NCBI GenBank assembly: GCA_041498155.1
Contig: JBGQHV010000003.1
Location: 1-56,562 of the forward strand
Direction: 5' to 3'
Length of the DNA stretch: 56,562 bases
From: Gemmatimonadota bacterium
GTDB taxonomy: Bacteria; Gemmatimonadota; Gemmatimonadetes; Gemmatimonadales; GWC2-71-9
The notes below the pieces were generated by a model. The model searched no databases, had not been told where the DNA came from, and saw only the letters and a list, made by a program, of their open reading frames with translations. The position numbers were made by a program, and so were the translations under genes. Below are positions 41,082 through 50,797 of this stretch, piece after piece (positions within the stretch are counted from its first letter, which is position 1; every line of letters starts with the position of its first letter).

Positions 41082-41878
41082 GCGGCCCGTCCTCGCGCGC
41101 GGCGGGGGACGCCGCACAACGCGCGCACCGCCGCCTGCGGATCGCTCAGACGGGCAAGCGACGTGCCCACCAGAATCAGATCCGCCCCCGCCGTGGCCAG
41201 CCGCTCGACATCGGCCCGCGATTCGACGCCGCTTTCTCCGACGGCCACCAGATTGCGCGGCACCGCCCGCAGCACCCGCTCGCCGCTCGACAGATCGACC
41301 ACGAGAGTATCCAGATCACGGTTGTTCACGCCGACGACCGCCGCGCCCGCGGCGATCGCGGCGTCGAGCTCGTGCACCGTGTGTACTTCCACGAGCACCC
41401 CCAACTCGAGCCGGCCGGCTGCTTGGATGAGCTCACGCAGCCGGGCGCCGGCCACAATTCGCGCGATGAGCAGCGCGGCGGACGCGCCGGCGGCGCGGGC
41501 CTCGACCAGCTGCAGCTCATCGAGAATGAAGTCCTTGCAGAGCACGGGCAGGGGCACGGCCGCGGCCACACGCTGCAGGTCGTCCACCGACCCGCCGAAG
41601 TGACCCGGCTCGGTAAGCACCGAGACTGCTACTGCTCCCCCCGCGGCATAGGCGCGGGCATGCGCCACCGGATCGAGATCCGCCTGGATCGGCCCTGCCG
41701 ACGGCGAGCGCCGTTTGACTTCGGCGATCACACCGACGGAGCCATCCGGCGCGAAACCCCCGAAGAACCGCGGCGGAGACGCATTCGCCGCCCTCCGCTC
41801 GAGCTCGCCGCGCTCGCGCTGCAACCGGGCGACGCGTTCGCGCGCGTCCGCGAGGATCTGCTCCAGATGGCCGTTCAT
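41078..41878 (-). CDS. trpC: Indole-3-glycerol phosphate synthase
   Basis: [44 protein letters not shown]. Confidence 0.96.
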   Translation of the reverse strand: MNGHLEQILADARERVARLQRERGELERRAANASPPRFFGGFAPDGSVGVIAEVKRRSPSAGPIQADLDPVAHARAYAAGGAVAVSVLTEPGHFGGSVDDLQRVAAAVPLPVLCKDFILDELQLVEARAAGASAALLIARIVAGARLRELIQAAGRLELGVLVEVHTVHELDAAIAAGAAVVGVNNRDLDTLVVDLSSGERVLRAVPRNLVAVGESGVESRADVERLATAGADLILVGTSLARLSDPQAAVRALCGVPRRARGRAA

Positions 41879-41883
41879 CGCGC

Positions 41884-41911
41884 TTGCATTCGGGCGATAT
41901 TCGGGTACATT
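41884..41911 (+). promoter_or_regulatory. Putative lexA promoter
   Basis: TTGCAT (41884-41889), 16 nt spacer, TACATT (41906-41911); GGAGA SD at 41931-41935. Confidence 0.6.
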
Positions 41912-41931
41912 AAGCTTCGGTCAATTTTCGG
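41889..41931. promoter_or_regulatory. Two candidate LexA operators, TTCGG-N6-TTCGG
   Basis: TTCGG-gcgata-TTCGG (41889-41904) and TTCGG-tcaatt-TTCGG (41916-41931), overlapping the promoter spacer and the start-site/SD region. Confidence 0.7.
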
Positions 41932-41941
41932 GAGATATGTC

Positions 41942-42553
41942 ATGCCGCTCACCCGCCGTCAACGCGAAATCCTCGACTATCTCACCGAGTACATCGAGCA
42001 GCGCGGCTACGCTCCGAGTTTCGAGGAGATCGCCGCGCGGTTCCAGTTCCAGTCGCTCGCTACGGTGCACGAGCATCTCACCAACCTCGAGCGCAAAGGG
42101 TACATCCGCCGTACCCCGAACGAGAGCCGGGCGATCGAAGTCGTCCCGCCCCGCGGTCAAACGGGAGCCACCGAGCTCCCGCTGCTGGGCCTGGTCGCCG
42201 CCGGACAGCCGATCGAGGCCATCTCGGACGCCACCGACACGATCGCCGTCCCCGATACCCTGCTCCCGCGTCGCGGGCGGAGCTACGTCCTCAAGGTGCG
42301 CGGCCGCTCCATGATCGACGAGCAGATCAAGGACGGCGACTACATCGTCGTGCACGAGCGAGCCCAGGCCGAGAACGGCGAGACGGTCGTGGCCCTGGTC
42401 GGCGGTGAGAGCGCCACCGTCAAGAAGTACTATCGCGAGCCCGGCGGTTGGATCCGACTCCAGCCGGCCAACAGCGAGATGTCCCCCATTCGCGTGAACG
42501 AGCGCGACGTCCTGGTGCAAGGCGTCGTGCTGGGGGTCATCCGCCGCTACTAG
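41942..42553 (+). CDS. lexA: SOS repressor LexA
   Basis: LTRRQREILDY..GYAPSFEEI wHTH, VAAG cleavage site, GRSM (Ser), ATVK (Lys), LQPAN. Confidence 0.97.
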   Translation: MPLTRRQREILDYLTEYIEQRGYAPSFEEIAARFQFQSLATVHEHLTNLERKGYIRRTPNESRAIEVVPPRGQTGATELPLLGLVAAGQPIEAISDATDTIAVPDTLLPRRGRSYVLKVRGRSMIDEQIKDGDYIVVHERAQAENGETVVALVGGESATVKKYYREPGGWIRLQPANSEMSPIRVNERDVLVQGVVLGVIRRY

Positions 42554-43580
42554 GGCTCGCCCGTCGCAACCGCTCGAGTGCGTCCCGCGCCGCCCCGGAG
42601 GCGAGTGCCTCGCGCGCCCGGACGATCCCCTCCGCGTAGGTCTGCGCCAGCCCCGCCACATAGACGGCGGCCCCCGCATTGAGCAGCACCGCGGCACGGC
42701 CATCAGGGTCGGCACCATCGTCGAGCAGGCGCTCCAACCGCTCCGCATTCGCGCGTGGCTCCCCCCCTTTGAGCGTTGTCACATCCTGCACCGCGAGCCC
42801 GTAGTCGGCCGGGTCGAGCGTCCATGCCACGACGTCGTCGTCACGCACCTCCCACACCCCGGTCTCCCCCACCGGCGAGATCTCGTCCATCCCCACCCGG
42901 CCGTGCACCACCAGCGCGTGCTCGGCGCCGAGGCGCGCTAGCGCCTGCGCCACCAGCGGTCCCCGCTGCGCGTCGGCCACCCCGATCACCTGGCGGTGCA
43001 CGCCGGCCGGGTTGGCGAGTGGTCCCAGCAGATTCATCAGCGTCGTGACGCCCAGCTCTTTGCGGATCGGTGCGACGTGACGCATGGCGGGATGGAAGTT
43101 GGGGGCGAATAGGAAAGCAACACCCGCTTCCCGCAGCACGCGAATCACCCCGTCCGCGTCGAGCCCTACCGAGATGCCCAGCGCCTCGAGCACGTCGGCC
43201 GATCCGCATTGAGACGTGAAGGAGCGATTGCCGTGCTTGGCCACAGTGGCGCCGGCTCCCGCCGCCACCAACGCCGCACCGGTCGAGATGTTGAAGGTGG
43301 TCACCGCTCCACCCCCGGTGCCGGCCGTGTCGACCAGATGTGGAGCGTCCACCTCCACCCGAACCATCGCCGCGCGGAGCGCCCGCGCGGCCCCGGCGAG
43401 CTCGTCGGCGGTTTCCCCCTTCACGCGCAGCGCCATGAGCAGACCGCCGACCTGCGCCGGGGTCGCCTCCCCCCGCATCACGACGCCGAACACCTCGGCG
43501 GCGAGGGCTTCGCCCAGCGATTCGCGGGCGGCGAGGGCGATGATGGCCCGCTCGAGGGGACCAGCGGTGCGGTGGGTCAT
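42537..43580 (-). CDS. trpD: Anthranilate phosphoribosyltransferase
   Basis: DTAGTGG, FNIST, AKHGNR, GSADVLEALG, NLLGPLANP, GMDEIS. Confidence 0.97.
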   Translation of the reverse strand: MTHRTAGPLERAIIALAARESLGEALAAEVFGVVMRGEATPAQVGGLLMALRVKGETADELAGAARALRAAMVRVEVDAPHLVDTAGTGGGAVTTFNISTGAALVAAGAGATVAKHGNRSFTSQCGSADVLEALGISVGLDADGVIRVLREAGVAFLFAPNFHPAMRHVAPIRKELGVTTLMNLLGPLANPAGVHRQVIGVADAQRGPLVAQALARLGAEHALVVHGRVGMDEISPVGETGVWEVRDDDVVAWTLDPADYGLAVQDVTTLKGGEPRANAERLERLLDDGADPDGRAAVLLNAGAAVYVAGLAQTYAEGIVRAREALASGAARDALERLRRASPSSGG

Positions 43581-43600
43581 GCGCAGGCGGAGGGTGCCGA

Positions 43601-43630
43601 AAGCTATCCCGGAAAATCGCCTTTTGTCAA
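43601..43630 (-). promoter_or_regulatory. Putative trpD promoter
   Basis: TTGACA (43630-43625), 18 nt spacer, TAGCTT (43606-43601). Confidence 0.6.
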
Positions 43631-43652
43631 ATGGGACAATGGGTTACCCGGC

Positions 43653-43682
43653 TTGATATGGCCATGTCCCCTTCCCTATCTT
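43653..43682 (+). promoter_or_regulatory. Putative truA-pur operon promoter (leaderless)
   Basis: TTGATA, 18 nt spacer, TATCTT ending at 43682; the GTG begins at 43689. Confidence 0.55.
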
Positions 43683-43688
43683 TGCCTG

Positions 43689-44474
43689 GTGACCAGTCGG
43701 TCCTTCCTCGCCGTGGTGCAGTACGACGGGAAGCAGTTTGTGGGCTGGCAACGACAGGCGGCTGGCCGGACCGTGCAGGCCGAAGTCGAGGCGGTGTTGG
43801 AGCGCTTGACGGGACAGCCGACGACCGCGACCGGGGCCGGTCGCACCGACACCGGCGTGCACGCGGTCGGGCAGGGCGTCGGATTCCGGGTGGCCGAGCG
43901 GTGGGGCACGGACGTGGATGGCCTGCGGCGCGCGTTGAATGCGCTGTTGCCGCCTGACATCTGGGTTTCGCGGGTGTATGCGATGCGGGAGGCGTTTCAC
44001 GCCCGCCGGAGCGCCACGGCGCGACGCTACCGCTACGAGATCGGGACCGACGACGCCAGCCACTCACCGTTTCGCCGGCCGTTCGAATGGGCGCTGGGCC
44101 GCCCGCTCGAGCTGGGGTTGCTCGCGGAGGCCGCAGCGATGCTGCCCGGGACGCACGATTTCCGCGGCCTCGCCGCCGCCGGTGCGGCGAAGCCCGATTA
44201 CCGATGCCGCGTGGCGCTCGCCAGCTGGGCGCCGCGAGCGGACGGGACGGGCGTGACGTTCACGATCGAGTCGGACCGGTTTCTGCACCGGATGGTGCGG
44301 TTCCTCGTGGGCACGATGGTCGACATCGCGCTCGCGCGCCGTCCGCTATCCGACCTCCCCCAGTTGCTGACCGCGACCGAGAACGAGGCGGCGAGTCCGC
44401 CGGCTCCACCCCAGGGGCTCTACCTGGAGGCGGTGCGCTATCCCCCAGACCTCTACGCCGAGGGGCACGCATGA
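43689..44474 (+). CDS. truA: tRNA pseudouridine(38-40) synthase
   Basis: [45 protein letters not shown]. Confidence 0.96.
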   Translation: MTSRSFLAVVQYDGKQFVGWQRQAAGRTVQAEVEAVLERLTGQPTTATGAGRTDTGVHAVGQGVGFRVAERWGTDVDGLRRALNALLPPDIWVSRVYAMREAFHARRSATARRYRYEIGTDDASHSPFRRPFEWALGRPLELGLLAEAAAMLPGTHDFRGLAAAGAAKPDYRCRVALASWAPRADGTGVTFTIESDRFLHRMVRFLVGTMVDIALARRPLSDLPQLLTATENEAASPPAPPQGLYLEAVRYPPDLYAEGHA

Positions 44475-45139
44475 AGTTCTTCCTCGACACCGCCAGCCTC
44501 AAGGACATCAGCTGGGCCGCCCAGGCCGGACTGATCGACGGCATCACGACCAATCCCTCGCTGCTCGCCAAGCAGGCGGGCGATCTCGATCCGCGCGACG
44601 TGCTCAAGGAGATCTGCTCGCTCGTCGAAGGCCCGGTGTCGGCGGAAGTGGTGGCCGTGGAGGCGGACGCGATGGTCCGGGAAGGCAAGTCGCTGGCCCA
44701 GATCGCCGACAACATCGTCGTGAAGATCCCCATGCTCGAAGCGGGGATGGTGGCGGTACGGCGGCTCTCGAGCGAGGGTCTTCGCACGAACGTCACGTTG
44801 TGCTTTTCGAGCGTGCAGTGCCTCATCGCGGCGAAAGCCGGGGCCACCTACGTGAGCCCCTTCATCGGCCGGCTCGACGACGTGGGTCAGGAAGGAATGG
44901 ACGTGATTCGCGAGGCGCGGCAGATGTTCGACAATTACGCCATCACCACCCAAATCCTCGCCGCCTCGATCCGCCACCCCCGACACATCGTCGAAGCCGC
45001 GATGATCGGCGCCGACGTCGCCACCATGCCCCCCGAAGTGCTGCGCAAGCTGCTGCAGCATCCGCTCACCGACCGCGGCCTGGAACAGTTCCTGGCCGAC
45101 TGGAAGTCGGTCGCCGCGCGCGCCAAGGCGTCCGTGTGA
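44471..45139 (+). CDS. tal: Transaldolase (short MipB/TalC type)
   Basis: FLDTA, TTNPSL, VVKIP, NVTL.F. SAEV (Glu) and SPFIGR (Phe) are the transaldolase pair rather than the FSA Gln/Tyr pair. Confidence 0.88.
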   Translation: MKFFLDTASLKDISWAAQAGLIDGITTNPSLLAKQAGDLDPRDVLKEICSLVEGPVSAEVVAVEADAMVREGKSLAQIADNIVVKIPMLEAGMVAVRRLSSEGLRTNVTLCFSSVQCLIAAKAGATYVSPFIGRLDDVGQEGMDVIREARQMFDNYAITTQILAASIRHPRHIVEAAMIGADVATMPPEVLRKLLQHPLTDRGLEQFLADWKSVAARAKASV

Positions 45140-46569
45140 CCTGGGAATCGCCGCTCTCTTCGCGCTACGCCTCCCCGGCCATGCAGGCGCTGTGGAGCGA
45201 GCGGCGCCGCATCGGCCTGTGGCGCCGCCTGTGGCTCGCGCTCATGGAGAGCGAGCGCGAGCTCGGTCTCGACATCCCCGCCGACGCGATCGCCCAGCTG
45301 CGCACGCACTTGGACGACGTGGATCTGGCGCGGGCGGCCGAGTTCGAGAAGCGCATGCGCCACGACGTGATGGCGCACATTCACGCCCTGGGGGAGCAGG
45401 CACCGGCGGCGCGCCCGTTCCTGCACCTCGGCGCCACCAGCGCTTTCGTCACCGACAATGCGGACCTCGTGCTGATGCGCGAGGGGCTCACCCTGCTGGT
45501 CGGACGGGTCGCCGCGGTGCTCGTGGCCCTGAGCCACATGGCGCGGCGCCACCGCGCCCTGCCCTGCCTCGCGTACACGCACTTTCAGCCCGCGCAGCTC
45601 ACGACCGTGGGCAAGCGGGCCGCGCTGTGGATGCAGGAATTTCTGCTCGACGCCGAGGAGCTGCTGCATCGCACGGAATCGCTCCAGTTCCGCGGCGTGA
45701 AGGGCACCACCGGCACGCAGGCGAGCTTCCTCGAGCTGTTCGACGGCGACCACGAGAAAGTCCGCGACCTCGACGTTCGCGTCTCGGCCAAGCTCGGGTT
45801 CCCGAAGGTGTTCTCGATCACCGGCCAGACCTACACCCGCAAGCAGGACGCCCAGCTGCTGGCCACCCTCGCCGGCATCGCCGCGTCGGCGGCCAAATTC
45901 GCGACCGATCTGCGTCTGCTGCAGCACGAGGGGGAAGTGCTCGAGCCCTTCGAGAGCGAGCAGGTCGGCTCGTCGGCCATGCCGTTCAAGCGCAATCCGA
46001 TGCGTGCCGAGCGGATGACGGGCCTGGCCCGGTTCGTCATCGAGCTCGAGGGCAACGCCTGGCACACGGCGGCCGAGCAGTGGCTGGAGCGCACGCTCGA
46101 CGACAGTGCCAACCGCCGCCTGGTCATCCCCGAGGCGTTTCTCGCCACCGATGCGATCCTCGTGCTGGCGACCAATGTGGCCGCGGGCCTCGAAGTGCGG
46201 GAGGCGGTGATCCGCCGGCACGTCGAAGACGCCATGCCTTACCTGGCGACCGAGCGCCTGCTGATGCGCGCGGTCAAAGCCGGCGGGGACCGCCAGCGGC
46301 TGCACGAGGTGATCCGCGTGCACAGCCTGGCCGTCTCGCAGGCAATGGCCGAGCGCGGCGCGCCCAACGACCTCCTCGCGCGCCTCGCGGCGGATCCGGC
46401 GTTCCGCGCGGCGGGCCTCGCCGCCCGTCCCGACGAGCTCGACCCGGCCCGGTACGTGGGTCGCTCACCCGAGCAGGTCGATCACTTCCTGAACGAGGTC
46501 GTCCCCCCCGTGCTGCGCCGTATCGAAACCATCGCTCCCGCCACCGGCGCCGCCGAGGTGAAGGTATGA
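45136..46569 (+). CDS. purB: Adenylosuccinate lyase
   Basis: [54 protein letters not shown]. Confidence 0.96.
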   Translation: MTWESPLSSRYASPAMQALWSERRRIGLWRRLWLALMESERELGLDIPADAIAQLRTHLDDVDLARAAEFEKRMRHDVMAHIHALGEQAPAARPFLHLGATSAFVTDNADLVLMREGLTLLVGRVAAVLVALSHMARRHRALPCLAYTHFQPAQLTTVGKRAALWMQEFLLDAEELLHRTESLQFRGVKGTTGTQASFLELFDGDHEKVRDLDVRVSAKLGFPKVFSITGQTYTRKQDAQLLATLAGIAASAAKFATDLRLLQHEGEVLEPFESEQVGSSAMPFKRNPMRAERMTGLARFVIELEGNAWHTAAEQWLERTLDDSANRRLVIPEAFLATDAILVLATNVAAGLEVREAVIRRHVEDAMPYLATERLLMRAVKAGGDRQRLHEVIRVHSLAVSQAMAERGAPNDLLARLAADPAFRAAGLAARPDELDPARYVGRSPEQVDHFLNEVVPPVLRRIETIAPATGAAEVKV

Positions 46570-47495
46570 CGACCGTGACGCCGCTCGTGTCGAGCCATCT
46601 CCCCCTGCCCCTGGTGCGGCGCGGCAAGGTGCGCGAGATGTACGAGGTCGACGCCGACACGCTGCTCATGGTGGCGAGCGACCGGGTCAGCGCCTTCGAC
46701 GTCGTGTTGCGCGAGCCGGTCGCCTTCAAGGGCGCCGTCCTGACCCAGCTCTCCGCATTCTGGTTCGGCCGACTTGGGCACGTGATCCCCAATCACTTCC
46801 TCACCGCCGATGCGGCCGAAATCGTCGCGCGCGTCCCGGCGCTCGCCCCGCATCGGAATACGCTGGTAGGCCGGGCGATGCTCGTGCGACGCTCGACCCC
46901 CGTGCCGTTCGAGTGCGTGGTCCGCGGGTATCTCGCGGGCTCGGCCTGGTCTGAATACCGGAAGACGGGCACACTCGCCGGGGAAGGTCTCCCGGCGGGA
47001 CTCCAGGAGAGTCAGAAGCTCGAGCCGGCCGTCTTTTCTCCGGCGACCAAGGCGGAGACGGGCCATGACGAGAACGTCACCTTCGCCCACGTGACCCGCG
47101 CGCTGGGCGCCTCGCTTGCCGATTCGCTCAAGCGCGCGAGCCTCGCGCTGTACGAGGAGGGGCGCGCCTATGCCGCCGGCCACGGCATCATCATCGCCGA
47201 TACCAAGTTCGAGTTCGGGACCACGCCAGACGGCACCCTGCTGCTCATCGACGAGGTCCTGACGCCGGACTCGTCGCGGTTCTGGCCCGCCGACCGTTAT
47301 CAGCCCGGCGCGAGCCAGCCGAGTTTCGACAAGCAACCGCTGCGCGATTTCCTTTCGGGACTCAAGGAGCAGGGGAAGTGGGACGGTAACGATCCCCCTC
47401 CCGCACTTCCGCCTGTGGTGATCGCGGCCACGAGCGCCCGCTACCGCGAAGCCTATCGCCTCATCACCGGGGCGTCGCTCGAGCTTCCGAGGTGA
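46566..47495 (+). CDS. purC: SAICAR synthase
   Basis: GKVREMY, SDRVSAFD, ECVVRGYLAGS, IADTKFEFG, DEVLTPDSSRFW, SFDKQ. Confidence 0.96.
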   Translation: MTTVTPLVSSHLPLPLVRRGKVREMYEVDADTLLMVASDRVSAFDVVLREPVAFKGAVLTQLSAFWFGRLGHVIPNHFLTADAAEIVARVPALAPHRNTLVGRAMLVRRSTPVPFECVVRGYLAGSAWSEYRKTGTLAGEGLPAGLQESQKLEPAVFSPATKAETGHDENVTFAHVTRALGASLADSLKRASLALYEEGRAYAAGHGIIIADTKFEFGTTPDGTLLLIDEVLTPDSSRFWPADRYQPGASQPSFDKQPLRDFLSGLKEQGKWDGNDPPPALPPVVIAATSARYREAYRLITGASLELPR

Positions 47496-48145
47496 GAATG
47501 GCGCCCGAAGGGTGGCCCTTCATCGCGATCGGCTGGGGGCTCGCCGCCCTCGGCGGCTGGGCGGCGCTCCGGTGGAGCGGGTGGTGGTGGGCGCTGGAGG
47601 TCGTGATACTCGTGTTGGCGCTGTGGCTCCTGGTGTTCTTTCGAAACCCGGCGCGTACCGGGCCGCGCGGGGACCGCTACGTGATCGCGCCCGCGGACGG
47701 CAAGATCGTCAGCACGGTCGAAGCGGACGAACCGGCGTTCCTCCGCGCCCGCGCGCTGCGGATCTCCATCTTCATGAGCGTGTTCGACGTGCACGTGAAC
47801 CGGTACCCGGTGGCGGGTACCGTCGCCTATCGGCATTACAACGCCGGGAAGTTCCTGCACGCGGCCGCCGACAAGGCGAGCCTCGACAACGAGCAGTCGT
47901 CGATCGGCATCGACGGCCCCCATGGGCCGGTGCTGGTTCGGCAGATCGCCGGCGCCATCGCCCGGCGCATCGTGACGGACGCGAAGGTCGGTGATCCGGC
48001 GACGCAGGGCGCGCGCCTCGGCATGATTCGGTTCGGCTCGCGCGTGGACGTCTATCTCCCGCTCACGGCCCACGCCGCGCCCCAGGTGCGGGTCGGCGAC
48101 CGCGTGAGCGCTGGCGCCACGGTGCTCGCGGAGTACGCGCCATGA
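47492..48145 (+). CDS. psd: Phosphatidylserine decarboxylase proenzyme
   Basis: FFRNP, APADG, IFMSVFDVHVNR.P, QIAG, MIRFGSRVD (GS cleavage site). Confidence 0.93.
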   Translation: MRMAPEGWPFIAIGWGLAALGGWAALRWSGWWWALEVVILVLALWLLVFFRNPARTGPRGDRYVIAPADGKIVSTVEADEPAFLRARALRISIFMSVFDVHVNRYPVAGTVAYRHYNAGKFLHAAADKASLDNEQSSIGIDGPHGPVLVRQIAGAIARRIVTDAKVGDPATQGARLGMIRFGSRVDVYLPLTAHAAPQVRVGDRVSAGATVLAEYAP

Positions 48146-48999
48146 CAGCCCCCGCCCCGCGGCGCGGCGTGCGGCGCGTCGTCGTCATCGTGCCGAGCCT
48201 GTTCACGCTCTTCAACCTGTTCTTCGGGATCTGGTCGATCACCCTCGCTGCCCGAGGCGAACTGTATCGCGCCAGCTGGTTCATCGTCTTCGCGGGGATC
48301 CTCGATACGCTCGACGGGCGCATCGCGCGCTTGTCCAACACGGGCACCCGGTTCGGGGCGGAGCTCGACAGCCTGGTGGACATAGTGAGCTTCGGAGTTG
48401 CGCCCGCCTACCTCATGTACGAGCTGCATTTCGCCACCGCCGGGGCGGCGGCGTGGATCTTCTGCTACTTCTACGTCATGGGCGCGGCCATTCGGCTCGC
48501 CCGCTTCAACATCACGCAGGCGGGCCGCTCCAAGCCGCATTTCGTGGGTCTGCCCTCACCCGCGGCCGGCATGACGCTCGCGACCTATTATCCGTTCACC
48601 CAAACCGACCTCTACGCCCAGATGCACGGCCTGCCCTGGCCGCTGCTGCTGAATTTCCTGATGATCAGCTGCACCATCCTCATGGTGAGCAACGTACGCT
48701 ACGCCACGTTGCCGCGTGCCGGCGTGCGCACCCTGCGGGGGGTTCTGGGGCTCCTCACGCTGCTGTGTATCCTGTTTTTTGGGATTTGGCAGCACGACGC
48801 ATTCTTCTTCCCGTTGGGGATCGCGTATATGCTGTACGGCGTCGCGCGCGCCGCCCTGCTGGGATTCTTCGTGAACGGCGACGACTCGGGGGAAACCGAC
48901 ATCGCCGGCCCGATCGTGATCGCCGACGCCGAGGCGGATCGGGTGGATGACGCCTTCGGTCCCCGCTCCCGCGGTATCTCACCCCGGAGTCACAGCTGA
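48142..48999 (+). CDS. pssA: CDP-diacylglycerol--serine O-phosphatidyltransferase
   Basis: PSLFTL.N, D.LDGRIAR, FGAELDSL.D.VSFGVAP, RLARFN, F.GLPSP. Confidence 0.93.
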   Translation: MTAPAPRRGVRRVVVIVPSLFTLFNLFFGIWSITLAARGELYRASWFIVFAGILDTLDGRIARLSNTGTRFGAELDSLVDIVSFGVAPAYLMYELHFATAGAAAWIFCYFYVMGAAIRLARFNITQAGRSKPHFVGLPSPAAGMTLATYYPFTQTDLYAQMHGLPWPLLLNFLMISCTILMVSNVRYATLPRAGVRTLRGVLGLLTLLCILFFGIWQHDAFFFPLGIAYMLYGVARAALLGFFVNGDDSGETDIAGPIVIADAEADRVDDAFGPRSRGISPRSHS

Positions 49000-49253
49000 T
49001 GGCGTCGTTTCGCGTGGAGATCCGCGTGATGCCGCGCGCTTCGCTGCTCGACCCGCAGGGTCAGGCGGTGAGCCACGCCCTGCACGCCCTGGGGTTCGCC
49101 GAGGTCGGCGAGGTGCGCGTCGGCAAGCACATCGTCGTGCGCCTCGAAGCCCCGACGCGCGATGAGGCGACCGCCCGGGCCCGCTCAATGTGCGAACGGC
49201 TGCTCGCCAATCCCGTCACCGAGGACTACCAGCTGCTCGTGGAGGCGGCCTGA
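48999..49253 (+). CDS. purS: FGAM synthase subunit PurS
   Basis: LDPQG.AV, VRVGK, CERLLANPVTEDY. Confidence 0.95.
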   Translation: MASFRVEIRVMPRASLLDPQGQAVSHALHALGFAEVGEVRVGKHIVVRLEAPTRDEATARARSMCERLLANPVTEDYQLLVEAA

Positions 49254-49969
49254 TGCACCGGGTAGCGGTTATGGTCTTCCCCGGCTCCAATTGCGACGCG
49301 GACACGCTCGATGGCGCCCGCGCGGCGGGCTCGGACGCGTACTATGTCTGGCACCGCGACACCGACCTGCGGCAGGCCGACGCGGTGATCCTGCCGGGCG
49401 GATTCAGCTATGGCGATTACCTCCGCTCCGGCGCCATCGCGCGGTTCTCCCCGGTGATGACGGCCGTGGCCGAACATGCGCGCCGCGGCGGACCCGTGCT
49501 CGGGATCTGCAACGGATTCCAGATCCTGTGCGAAGCCGGTCTCCTGCCCGGCACCCTGATGCGCAATGCCCGGCAGCGTTTTCTGTCACGGCCCGTTCGG
49601 GTACGGGTCGAGGTGACCGACACGCCCTGGACCCGCCTGTACGAGCGCGGCGAGGAGCTGGTGGTTCCCGTGGCGCACGGTGACGGACGCTACGTCGCCG
49701 AGGAGCGTACCGCCGCCGAGCTCGAGGCCGAAGGACGCATCGTGTGGCGCTACGTTACCGAGAACCCCAACGGCTCGACCCGGGACATCGCCGGCGTGTG
49801 CAACGCCGGCCGCAATGTGGTCGGTATCATGCCTCACCCCGAGCGGCGCAACGCGCCGGTGCTCGGCGGCACCGATGGTGCCCGTGTCTTTCTTTCCCTG
49901 GAGGCTGATCATGCGACGCAGCATGCTGGTGGTGTGCGCGCTGGTGGCGGGCACCACGCTGGGCTGTGA
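49253..49969 (+). CDS. purQ: FGAM synthase glutaminase subunit PurQ
   Basis: FPGSNCD, PGGFSYGDYLR.G, GICNGFQ, AHGDG, NPNGS, MPHPER. Confidence 0.96.
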   Translation: MHRVAVMVFPGSNCDADTLDGARAAGSDAYYVWHRDTDLRQADAVILPGGFSYGDYLRSGAIARFSPVMTAVAEHARRGGPVLGICNGFQILCEAGLLPGTLMRNARQRFLSRPVRVRVEVTDTPWTRLYERGEELVVPVAHGDGRYVAEERTAAELEAEGRIVWRYVTENPNGSTRDIAGVCNAGRNVVGIMPHPERRNAPVLGGTDGARVFLSLEADHATQHAGGVRAGGGHHAGL

Positions 49970-50459
49970 GAAGATCAAGCAGGCGATAAACAAGCGCCGG
50001 AACCCAACCCGGACACCGGCGACGCAGACGGCTACTCGCGATACCACAAAGAAGCCGGCACCGGCGCCGGCGACACCGCCCGCCGGGGCCAAGCCGACTC
50101 CGGCCACGAAGTCGCCGGCCGGGACCGCGTCCGCCCCGCCCAGCACTGCCGCAGCCCGGGAGCCGCGACCCATGATGCAGGACGAGCCCTTCAATTCCTC
50201 CGACACCGGTACGATCAATCCAGGGATGAGTCAGCAGGATGTGGTCGGATTGTGGGGACCCGCGTTCGGCATTCGACATGCGGGCGCGTTCACCTACCTG
50301 CACTACCCGAACGGGTGCGAGCGCACGTGTGGCACGGACGACGTCGTGATCCTCCAAAACGACCAGGTGGTGGATGTGATCCTCCGCTGGCACGGTCACG
50401 GCTACAGTGGGCAGTCCTCCTCGCCTCCGGGGAAGACGCCCGAGCCCACACTTCCCTAA
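49911..50459 (+). CDS. Hypothetical lipoprotein with a Pro/Thr linker and a BamE/SmpA-like start
   Basis: GGAGG SD, lipobox-like TLGC, P/T/A-rich linker, PGMSQQDVVGLWG, CERTC. Confidence 0.7.
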   Translation: MRRSMLVVCALVAGTTLGCEKIKQAINKRRNPTRTPATQTATRDTTKKPAPAPATPPAGAKPTPATKSPAGTASAPPSTAAAREPRPMMQDEPFNSSDTGTINPGMSQQDVVGLWGPAFGIRHAGAFTYLHYPNGCERTCGTDDVVILQNDQVVDVILRWHGHGYSGQSSSPPGKTPEPTLP

Positions 50460-50470
50460 CCGTCGAGTCC

Positions 50471-50797
50471 ATGACTACCGGTACGAGTCGAAACGAGGAT
50501 GAGTACTTCGCCCGGCGTGATGCAGAGCTGCTGCGCCAGCAGCGCACCGCGTTGGAGCGCGCGGCCGCCGAAACCGAGCACAAGTCGCACTTCATGAAGT
50601 GCCCGAAGTGCGGCTATGACCTCATCACCGGCGACTGGGACGGCATCCAGATCGACCAGTGCACGCACTGCCACGGGATCTGGTTCGATGCGGGCGAGGC
50701 CGAGGCGGTGCTCAAGCATCCCCACCCCAACGTCATCGCACGGGTGCTGGGTGCCGTCATGAAGGGTGTGTCCGGCGCGCGGGCCTCCGACACGTGA
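50471..50797 (+). CDS. zf-TFIIB-type zinc-ribbon protein
   Basis: [30 protein letters not shown]. Confidence 0.85.
   Translation: MTTGTSRNEDEYFARRDAELLRQQRTALERAAAETEHKSHFMKCPKCGYDLITGDWDGIQIDQCTHCHGIWFDAGEAEAVLKHPHPNVIARVLGAVMKGVSGARASDT

Noticed and set aside
44471-45139. Fructose-6-phosphate aldolase (fsa) call
   Set aside because: It has the Glu/Phe pair of transaldolases rather than Gln/Tyr.
49911-49969. purQ frameshift or pseudogene
   Set aside because: All catalytic motifs through MPHPER are intact; only a short tail overlaps the next gene.
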